A stretch of DNA of 64,000 bases from Tubiluchus corallicola (taxonomy: Eukaryota > Animalia > Priapulida), in NCBI GenBank assembly GCA_030141605.1, contig JAQGDQ010000324.1, positions 62,001 through 126,000 of the forward strand, given 5' to 3'. The first letter of the stretch is position 1; each line of letters starts with the position of its first letter. Positions 15,501-27,500 of this stretch are shown piece after piece. Both the position numbers and the translations under genes were made by a program. The notes below the pieces were generated by a model. It saw nothing but the letters and a program-made list of their open reading frames with translations. It was not told the DNA's origin and did not search any database.

Positions 15501-18500
15501 CACAAATAACACCGTCATCTTTAAATACTAAAAAGCAGGGCTGGAAATAAAGTAGAAAAATTCCATCTACAATGTTCTGTTGAAGATTTCCCATAGTACT
15601 AAAAAGTATGGTTGGAAATAAAGTAGAAAAATTCCATCTACAATGATCTGTTGAAGATTTCCCATAGTACTAAAAAGTATGGTTGGAAATAAAGTAGAAA
15701 ATCTAAATTGATTTGTTGAACATTTAGTGTTCGTTAGACGTAAAAAATTGAAAGAAAAGGGAAATTTATAAGCTCCAAAATAACACAGAGTAAACAATTT
15801 GCAAAAGTTACGTCAGACGATGAAAACTGACTGGCACAATTATTGATTTTTCTACAGGTTTTCTATAGAAAGAGAAAGGCAAGGTTGTTGATTGTCGCTA
15901 CACAACAGGAAGCTATTATGACTGCATAGTTTGGTCACGCATTTAACACGAGAACGAAACCGTCTTAAACCAACCCGCGAGAGTGAGTAATAGTCGATGA
16001 GCTCCGGCCGATGCCTGTGTATGAGCGCACACAGCCCCAGACCGTTTTTCCAGCTGAAAGATACAGTGAAAGAGATAAAACAACAGTTGGTGCATGCAAG
16101 AATACAACAAGGACCACAGTGTGAAGAGCGACAATACGAGATGCACGTGAAATGGGTTTCTGTCAAGCGTTTTGGAAGACATTTTTGATTTAAATGGCTG
16201 GATTCTAAATAAAACACTGAAAAAATCTCTGATAAATGCATTCATATCTTGGTTTGCCGGACCCCGCTTTCACGGGTATCGGAAAATTCGGACAAAACCT
16301 CTGTTAAAAGTCCCGCATGTCCGTTGTTTCGCGAACTGACCTATAGTTGGCGGGCCGTGACTTTGTTTACATCACGTACATCAGTGTAGCTGCGTGTATA
16401 TCTCTACATATAAAAATATAGAATCAATTATGCGTAGTCATTTGAGTCAATTGCCGACAGTTTTTATACACTTTTCCATAGGCACATTCCATACTAGATA
16501 TTTTTGAGACAATTAGGCGATTAATTCTGCATTACCTTGAGTCTGATACATGACAATCTACTGTATTAGTTTACTATCGGAAAATGCGGACAATCGGCAA
16601 ATTCGGACCAACGTCTCCCCGCTTTTGTCCGGCAAACCGAGATATGAGTGTAGTTAAACACGATACCTAACTGCCTGACTAACTAGGTAACATGCTGTCC
16701 AAGTCGACCCCAAGGAAGAACTATTACGGTTTTACGTTTAAGAAATCAAAAGGAGAACTAACATTGAAAATCTATTATCGAATATTTTCAATTCTTTGAG
16801 TTTGATCTGCCTCAAAACTCGATACTTCAAAATTACTGAGAATCACAGCAGCACAATATGGATATCAAAAATATCCCGATAGATTTTAATAACCTTGCCT
16901 CTTAAACCATCTACTTTACTGTGATTATAGATAAAACGAATGCATATTGCAAATATCAGCATACGGATTTTCAAATCGGATTTAACTAAATTCAAAAATG
17001 TTGACTCAACAGTTCTAATTCAGAATATGTTCATTTGTAATTCGAAAAGTGCTACAATGTCTTTCCCGGCACAAACACCCATTTCACGTGCAATTAAAAT
17101 TAAATGCATTAAAAGTTCATGACAACAAAAGGCTGAAAACTGTGAAAGTTTTTAAGAAGCTGAAAGAACGAATGCATGTGAAGGACGATGTACCTTCCGC
17201 AGGTCATCATAATCAATAAGTTCGGGACGGTGGCGATGTATGAGGGCGCAAAATGCCAGCCCATCCTTGAAACTAAAATAAAACATCTTTTCATTTTTAC
17301 CACCGGCATTTGCATTACTGAAAAGGTAATCTCACACGCCCCAATATTATTGTTACTACATTTTCATCATTGATAAAATATGCCACAAGCGCTTAGAAGC
17401 CCCAGGTATCATAGTTTAATGGTAGAAATATTACACACGTGTCTTAAATATGATGTCAGTTTTTGGATTTCGACATGATAATCAAGGTTGTGGAGTTGGT
17501 ACATTAAACTCCTGACTCTGGCTCCGACTCCTAAAATTTTAGAAGCCCCAACTCCCGACCCCAACTCCGAGTTCTGCTTTAAATAATAGTTTGTAGTACT
17601 CTCAATATTTAGCTACAGTGGCACTCTATCACCACTCGAAAAACAGTCTAGCTGCATAGACACCAATACAAAGTGTCCCAAAATCGGAAATTGTGTATAA
17701 AAGTAAAAGTTCAAGGTAACTACTGCAGACTCCAACTCCACATCCCCTAATGATAACCATAAATTTCTTTATGTTTTTAGCTTACTGAGAACGGTTACCA
17801 CTTTAAATGAAATGGTGAGAAGTCTTGAAAGTTGATCTTCTCACAAACTTATGACAAATTATGTTGAATGAACTATTGGTCACACTTTTTGGGAATAGTA
17901 AAGTTTGGCACAGTGTGTACTAAGCAATAGAAATCACGCAATGATAGACCTAGCTAATAAATGGAAGAGCGACCAACAGGACAATCACTTCCGCGTTCTT
18001 TTATCTGTCATACTACGTCTGGCTACGTGTTCTGCTAAAAGTGCTTACATTCAGAGATTGCTAAGACAACTGTGGGACTTCAATATCTCATGTTATACGA
18101 TTACTGTTATCATTATCTGTAATAAAGAGAAAGGTGCCAGTCCTTCTACAACTATAAACATAACAAGTAGGTCTCGCTGTTGAGGGATGCATACTGGCTT
18201 GGCGCACCAAAACAGAACATCAAGGAACACAAAACAAAAACGCCAGGCCCAGCATTTAGCTGTTCGATATAAAACAAACTTGCTTACAAAAATGATATTT
18301 CTAATTATTGTTTCTAGTGCACAAAAACGAAGTAGTGATGACATAAAAGTAGTAAAAGCTCTTTGATCACAAGCAAGTGTTTTATCCACGTGAAGCAAAA
18401 ATAACGAGCCAATTACGCGAAGTTATTTCAGTGAATTACTGAAAGTTTTTATACACATTAAAATAGGAGCAGCCCTCCTATTTTGTTTCTGAGCGAATTA

Positions 18501-21500
18501 GGCGACTTATTCTTTTAACAGTGAGTCTAATAAATGGTGCCCACTGCATTAGCTAGTGGGTCCTTTGCATTTTAGCATTAACTGCTGGCAAAATGCCAAG
18601 ATAACGTTGCATCAATATGGCAGAAGTCAGAAACAAATAATGATTTCATCTCGTACCTCATGTGAAAGTTCTGTATGTTTACATTCTTGTAAGGAGCAGT
18701 CTTTCGTTGACACCATAACAGCAAGCCTTCTTTTGCTGTTGATTCTAGACAAATGAAAACAGAAATGATATCATCAGAAAAACCAGCATGTAAAACAACT
18801 ATATCATGAGCTATAAAACAGTTCAAGTCTGTCGCATACAAGTTGCAGTATTAGTAAGCACAGTTATACCTCTCTACCTGACTAGAAAATTTTCTGAGGC
18901 AAGAAATTTTAAGCTCTACAACATTTACTACGAGTTGATTTACAGTCTAGTGTGAACGCTTCAACCAGTTACTTTCGACACTTCTCGCGGTGACAGTGTC
19001 ACCTTGCACTTACTGTCGAGAGAGTAACTTTCGGCAAGTTTTGCTTTCTAGTCTGAACAGGCTAGCGAGTTTCTCAGTGAAAAAACTCAAGTATAAGTAT
19101 AAGTTTATTTACGATTATTACAACAAAAAATTTTAATTACAGTACATCACAAAATTGCAATATAAAAAGAATAAGCAAGGTAGAACATACAGCAATAAGC
19201 ACTATTACATCGTTACAAGATACATAAACAAAGTAAATTAAAATTAAATGAGTCAAAACTGAAGTTTGGAAATTAAATTAACCACAATGAGATAAAACTG
19301 TTCTTGCATTTCTCTGTTCCGCGTCTAGGTAAGGGGAGTTTCAAACTGTGGCGAGTACAGTATCTGGGCATCTGAACTCGCTAGTTTGAACCGCCTTAAC
19401 GACGACAATTAGGCATTCATTTAAAACATTCAAATCTTAAATTTTTCAGTTTGGCTTGAATACACTAAGACATTGCGAAGTTACTAAAAATAGTAGCCGA
19501 CAGATCGAAATTTCATGTAAGCATATAACATTTCTTTAGAAAGAAAATAACAGTACCAAGTTTCACTAGACAGATAAATGAGAAAGAATGTAGTTGTAAA
19601 TACTGACTTTAAACAATAGGAGCAATTTGGTGCAATTAAAGTTTTTATGATAAACAAGCATGGGTCACAAGTCATTTATTTCACATAATGATACCTTCAA
19701 TGCTGATGTCTTGTATAGTAAACCTGAGAATAATGGTCCAAATCAACCCAAGTGTCATTTTTACGTTCCCGTCAACAATTTCTGCAAAAGAGAAGGTTTT
19801 TGTTTGGTTAGGATTAATGGAGAAAAAAACCACAAATTTTGAACTTAACAATAATCAGGCATATGTTGTTGGAATGTAATAAAACTAAGGCTAATAACGG
19901 CAAGTGAACTTTGGCATTCGAAATTTGTAAGTAAATAATGAATAAGGAATTGCATTACAGCAATAATTACAACCTAATTCACAAAAGAATTCTCTTTAAT
20001 CTGTTTATAAACATGATTCCTTAGTGAATTAAGTACTAATACCTGGTAATCAATGTCTGATTAATTATCATTATTTTTCACTTTGGAATAGAGTTGAAAT
20101 CCAGTATTTAATGGCACAACCTACTCAACGCGATGTTTGAGATGAGCTACCCTCTGAGATGAGCCACTGAACTGGCAGCTGTGCCTCGGCCACATTTGAA
20201 TACATAATTACCGAGCAGTCCTCGCTCAACGAGCTCAGAGCAAGCATTGAACCTACATGGGCACTATCCACCGACCAGTCTCGGTGTGGCTTAACTTCAG
20301 TCGAGAAGCACGCACATGCGCATGACCACTCATGTATGAACAGCGTGTGCCCACATTCACTCATCAGGCTTAACTCTATTTTTGTGAAAGATAGGTATTG
20401 GCCATTCTTCACTACATTTTCTGACAGTAGCAACAGAGCGACTCGCATGTTAAAATGTTAAAGTGGCTCAGACAGCATTAGCAGACAGATGGCTAGAGAG
20501 CAAGAAATATGTGCTTTAACTATTAGGAAACCGATTACAGCACGTTCCAGCATTTCTACATATAAAGACAGATTAATTCCTTGGTCCCATTACAAGATTG
20601 TCTTATTAAATTGTTGTGTTTCAATGACAATTCTAAACGATTTGATGATAATTTTAAACGATTCGACATCCATCATTGACACAAAAAAATCACAGACGGA
20701 TTCATTGAAGGTAAAGTTTTATGTTTTCTTTATGGGTTTTACCATCAGTGCATCAATGACAAATACCTGTTTGTTGTTTGAATTTCTTACAAATCATAAA
20801 CATGACAACCCACCGTGTCTGTTTTATAAATACAAATTCATATCATCTTGAGTACTAAACAAAACATTTGTTAAACCAGTGCTATAAAACACCTATGCAC
20901 AACTAACTTGATTAGTTCATCGGGTAACTTACCTTCAGCACCAATAGAAACTAGGTACACGCCCTTGCTGGCGATGAAGTCCAGAGCTTTGTTGACGTTG
21001 GCTATTTTGTGGAAGCGCATTTTACCCTTCTCCGGCTTCGGCAGCTGTTCCCCGGATATGACTTCCAGGAGGAGCATGAGTTTGAGCCCGTTACAGAAGT
21101 CCTGCCCGATGTCCTCGATCTGGGTGCCCGCCTTGCGTAGATGTGAGTTGCACCATGCTGTGAATGTCTGAAGAAAAAACAGATTTTTGATTATCTGGAC
21201 CGAGTACTGGTCACATCAACTGCTGTTTTGTACTTATTATAACTTATTTTGAGTCTCGCATGATTAGCATACAGCAAACTGTTACTCCTTCAGGAAAACT
21301 CCAAATCAACCAGTATGGAATTGGATTTTGGATTTTACAGAATTGAACTGGAACTAGTTACTATTTATTAGATTAATTTTTGTGGGTTTACAGGTAGTGA
21401 CGACTGACCACATATGCATTACTGCTAAGCATTACCAAATCGTTAACGCAGGTTGGCATGTGTCGCTAGATAATTCAGTAATGGAATGCATGAGTGAAAT

Positions 21501-24500
21501 ACTCGATTGTTTCCACAGTCCACATGCTGACAAGCAGACTTAAATGCAACTAGAAAACATGAGAAATGAATCAGACATTAAACCGTATAACGATATTTTA
21601 TCAAACCCACGGCAACGATCGAGCAATGCTTGTCAAATTGCTAATATATGGGGCACGATCTAGCGACACATTGCTAATACATGGGGCACGATCTAGCGAC
21701 ACTTGTCAACATACGGGTAATGATCTACTGATGCTTAGCAGCACATGGTCACCACTAGTAAAGCCACAAAACTTTAATGACTATATGTAACTAGTTCAGG
21801 TTCAACTTTGTTGACTTGGAGATCTCAATCCTCAGAGGTTGACTTACAGTTCTTAGATAAGTTTCATAATTAATATAAACCTTTTCAGTGAAAGATAAGT
21901 TCATATAAAAAAACCATCACTTCTAAGTCCATAACAACTGATCAACTTGTGTTCACACTGTTGAACAAAAACAACAAAACAAGTACGTTCAGGCGTCCTT
22001 TGCTACATAAAAACATTGAAACCATAAAGCAAGCTAATGCATCTCCTTAATGCCATAGAGATGTGTTTTTGACGGCAATTGACTGGAATTTGAAACTGGC
22101 TCACAGGTGCAAACGAGCAAATATCTTAAAGGACAAGAAAAGGGGTACCTGAAATAAGTTTCAGAAAAATCGCCTTACAAATTATATTACTTTATAGCAA
22201 TTTTATGCGTATATCGTACTCGCTTTGAAAGGAATTTTTGTTTGTTTTCCTTTTAAATCTCCCACAATACTCTTCCGACTATGCCGTTGCATGACGTCAT
22301 ATATACACAATGTAAATCAGGAGAAGAAAAGGAAATGTTAAACTATGTCCCAAAAAACTTTCCATGCAAAGTTATATTACTTAGCATTTCGCTTACATGT
22401 GTGAAAGACTTATGTAACTAGAAAAGAAAATTATTAATTATCTAAATGCTTTCACCAATTGGCAAAATGTTGCTGACTCACCCTCAAGGGTGCACCAGTA
22501 ACCAAAAAACCTATTTTTAATCTTATTGACAAAACACAGTAATTTTAAATTTTATTTAGTTAGTGACGTGTGCGGTACGAATGCTTTGATTATTTTTTCG
22601 AACTTTACACAATGTTATCTAAACTTGCTTCAAATGTTTCAAAATGGCCGCGTCTAGTTTGAGTTTAAATTTACATCGCGGGAGTTTAAATTTACATGTT
22701 TTATACAGCGTTACTGCCAACGCAAGTCCTGCATGCAAAAGGGCAGAACGAATGGGTATAAAATCTCAAGACAATTTTTTGAGCTTTATATAAGTGGAGG
22801 GTTTTCTTGTGCTTTACCATCTTACTTCAAACTCATACTTCAGGTTTGCTTTTGCCTTTGCCTTGAGAAATAACAGTTCACACTGTCAGATGTATTTGCT
22901 TTACCACCTGATTCTAATAAGTGGCAGCCTTGCTAGCAATATTCTCCAGTATCATGCAAATATTTGACATAGCAATGTTACATACATTTATGTATCTTAT
23001 ATACATATCAACTCACTGTATTATACCAATTAACAAATATTGAAAACATTAACAAGCATTTAAATAAATATTAATGAATATTGTGTTTCAGCAAAACTAT
23101 ATTAAAAGACAAAATTTGCACAAAAGCAATTCCAAATTATTAATAACACACAAAACTTTCTTATTATAGAAAAAAATTAATATATATTCGTATAACAATT
23201 AGCTATCTTATTGCAGTAAAAGCTAGGTAAAATCTAGTTAAATAAGAATTATGCTGACTTAACTGCTGAAATACGGTTACTCCAACCACATACATGTGTT
23301 TTATGTAGGTTGTCACATATTGTATTACAGAAAAAGAAAAATACACAAGGGATGGGTGCAAAAGTACAAATATGAATGGAAAAACTCCTCAAGGCCAGTA
23401 AGCGTGGCTTACAAATCAGCCAGTACAATTTTTCTTTCATGCAAAACTGAAGCTGGGGCATCAGTTGAACAATTGCACCATGTAATATTCAGATATTTAA
23501 AAGACTCACATGAATAATCACACTATGTAATATTCAGCTATTTAAAATACTCACTTGAATAATCACACTATGTAATATTCAGCTATTTAGCTATTTAAAA
23601 GTCACTTGAATAATCACATCATGTAATATTCAGCTGTTTAAAAAACTTACTTGAACAATTGCACCATGTAATATTAAGATATTGAAAAGACTCACTTGAA
23701 TAATCACACTATGTAATATTCAGCTATTTAAAATACTCATTTGAATAATCACACTATGTAATATTCAGCTATTTAAAAGATTCACTTGAATAATCACACC
23801 ATGTAGTATTCAGCTATTTAAAAGATTCACTTGAATAATCACACCATGTAGTATTCAGCTATTTAAAAGATTCACTTGAATAATCACATCATGTAACAGT
23901 CAGCTATTTAAAATACTCACTTGAATAATCACGCTATGTAATATTCACCTATTTAAGACTCACTTGAATAATCAAACCATGTAATATTCAGTGAGTTGTG
24001 TTACTATGTGCATAAACTATGAACACGTGAAGGTAGAACGACAGTGATGAATGTATAATCTTAGCCTACCCACAAAAAAACTATAATCACCAGATGCCCC
24101 TATTATAAATTTTTACAAGCATTTATTAGTAGTCAAGACGTTGAACTCGTATCTCAGAGATCGGGGTTCTAACGCAGGTTCAAATAGTATTTTCTCACAT
24201 TAAATTTTCTTTCTGTTAACTAAATGTGCGGCCCGGATAGCAGAAGGCCTGGGTTCGAGTCCCAAAACTTTTTTAGATTTTCTAATTCAGTAATTCAAAT
24301 AAAATAAAATAAAATAAAATCAAAAACTTATTATTTTTCCCAACACATAACGTTAGTTAAAATTTAGTAACGTATATAGCCTCACGTGGCAAGAGCCCGT
24401 CAAATGGGAAGGGGTGACGAAGAAGATACATTATCGAATCAGCCACCCCAACTCAGTTCTGTTTTTCGCATGGAGTGCCGACGATCACTAATCAAAAATA

Positions 24501-27500
24501 ATAATTAATATTAATATTATTACGTATTAATACGTAAATGAATTACGTACTTGTTTTCACCTATATAACATTAAGCATATAATATATAATTCAGTACTGA
24601 ATAAATAATTTCAAGCAAGTTACACCAGGAAAACTGTGTGTATGTTATTTTTCTCCGCAAACACCTCATATGCTTTTACTGTGATGAATACACTAGAGAA
24701 GAAATCACCTAAACAAAACTGGGTTAAACTAGCAAATCATTTTTAAATATCTTACTCGGCAGAAAAGGTAAAAAATCTAGACTCTAAATGCGTGGTCAGG
24801 CATTGAACAATCTATGCCTAAGAATTGTGAGAATAAGGAAAGGAAATACAGTCAGCAAGTCTGCAGCTGAAACAACAATAATTCCAGGATACAGAGGAAC
24901 GTACTTTGAATTGTGGACATACAGCATTGCACGATCAATTTTCCTGTGACCAAGCCTGGCAAAACCACGAATATTAGCTCCATTAGAGAAAGCTTAACAC
25001 CCGTATGCATAATCATTAATCAGACCAATCTGATTTAATTCACCCATTCAGGGGGAGGAAAATTAACAGTTTGGGGTGACAGTAATTTGAGGAAGCGACG
25101 CGGATAAACCTTTGATCACGAAGTTTACGTGTTAATGACATAGGTGACACAGTGTTTATATAATTTGCAGGTAAGAGGCATGCATGTGGGTCAACGCTCT
25201 TTAAACTTCACAACACTGGCTTTACTATGTTCATCTGCTGATAATGTGCAGCACAACAGAGCCTCAGAACCCCGGGGGGCAAAGCCGGCGGATTTGTTTA
25301 ACGTTGTTCTTTAAGAAACGGTAATGGTTTGGGTTTGACTGATCTCTGGCAACCATTAAGTGCAGCAAGGGCAGTGGCCACTGATAAATTACAACGTTAT
25401 TTTGCTGTATGTCGAGACACCAACGATCTCAAGCAGACTACACAATTATTGATTTTCTGAAACCAAACTGCACCGAAGAGAAGAAAATACGAAAAGCGCC
25501 GGATTTGAATCAGCGACCTTTAGATCATAAATCCAAAAACATGACAACTGGACCACACAGCACCTTGTGATTGTGACGAATCTAAATTCGATCCTAATCG
25601 GTCAAAACTAATGTAACTGTTAGTTTACTAACACAATCTTGAGTAATTACTGACTAATTAGATTAAGTTTTGCAATTAATTTAGTGTCTAGAATAACTGA
25701 AAGATAATTAATTAATTATTTTGTCCTAATCACAAAACCTTATGTGGCCTAGAGGTTATGACATTGGACTTGTAATTTAAAGAAACATGGTTCAAATCTT
25801 GGCTTTTCACATTTCCTTTTGGAAAAGTTTGGAAACGTAAGGACAAAAAACTCAGAATTAAAATGGTTGAAATTTCTTTGAATAAAATTACTGATATTTA
25901 TAAAAGGATGTAAAATCAGTTTTAAAATTCATACAATTTACAGCATCTAGTTATTGAAAAAAATGATATGCAGGTCTATGTCAAAAGTGTAAAAAATTCA
26001 CACATTAATTCAGCAATTTCGAAAATGATTTTGTCAAAATTGTAATATAACCTGTTTACCCTTTCTATTCTTACACACAAACACTAAAAAATTCTGCCGC
26101 CAATCTATAATAAACATTTCGTCCATTGGCTTAGCATAATAAAATGTGTCACCGTATGCGTGATGCAATGTTAAAACTTCAACAAATTCTGTTTACAAAT
26201 TCTGCACATGTAAAGAAATAAATAAAGGTGTGATGTGTGACAAATGGGCCATTTTGTGACATACTTATTGCTAATAATGACGCAAATTCATAAAGCAAAG
26301 GTAATGGGTAATAAATTTTATTTAACAATGGCAATTCGGTGGTGAACTTTGCACACATTCTCTGCACTTAAAAGCCATAATAGGTACGTTTTACTTTTGA
26401 ACCAAATTACACAATAATAAATGCCTTAAAATGTGTTTGCCAATGATCTCAAACTAATATGCAGTAAGACGAGTGCAGAAGATGAATAAAAAATCATAAA
26501 TCATAAATGTGCCCAAAAAAAATTTAAATCATATTTTGCACAGAAAAAGAAAGACGAGCCTAATTCTACAGAGAAAGATTGTATAGAGATACATCAAATG
26601 CACATTAAGTGACTGAATGTATCAATGCTGAACACGGTGGTATTATGAGTATGAGTCACAACAAAGGCATACAAACATTGAGCAACCTTTGTGCCGGAGT
26701 TTGTTTAATCAAAGCACACTTACATCTAACCGGTAGCGCTTCAGTGGTGCAGATGGCGGAGACCAAACTCCCAGCCAGATACTCATTACATCACTATATC
26801 TATGACAAATGCTGACATATTAATCCAACTGATTGATTTCCATGCATGTTCCACTGGACTGTTCCAATAACATGTTCCATTATTATCCACTGGATTGACA
26901 GACAATACTAAGCACATTCCGAAACTTTGAAAAAAGCTCTAGGTCTGCTAAGGCTCATAACATCGAAAAAAAGATGGCTTTAATTTCCGTAACGGAATTT
27001 CTGGGAAGCTCACCATTCGGTAGTTTGCCTCTCACAAAAGAAAATGCAATATCTATCAAAGAGAAGGTTGCTAAAGAGAACCAAGAGCACGCAGACAACA
27101 AGAAAAAGATGAAGAAACATTCAAAAGCTCGCAAAAACTAAAAGAGAGATGAACAAAGGTCCACGATTCCACAGGATGATTCCAATTCCACCCAGTCACC
27201 AAGAACTAGCAAATCTCTTTCCCAAGTGCTCATCAAAAACCAGCAAACAGATAACACAATGCCTGACGTCCTCATTTTTCTGACTAGACCCGGCACATTG
27301 CCACCTCTGACTAGATGAATTCAGGACTCTTGAAAAAAGCGAAGCGACACAAGGAAATTGCAAATCTAAAATAGACTAAATCTAGGACGGTCACATGAAC
27401 GTTAGACAAGCAAAAGGCTTCGCTAATAATATTACAAAAATAAAGGCAAGTCATAGATAACGGTTCACACGTGCACTCACTCATGCTTCAAACCTAGCCG

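Noticed and set aside
23465-23991. CRISPR-like array
   Set aside because: Units are contiguous with no unique spacers, there are no cas genes, and it lies in a eukaryotic intron; it is a minisatellite.
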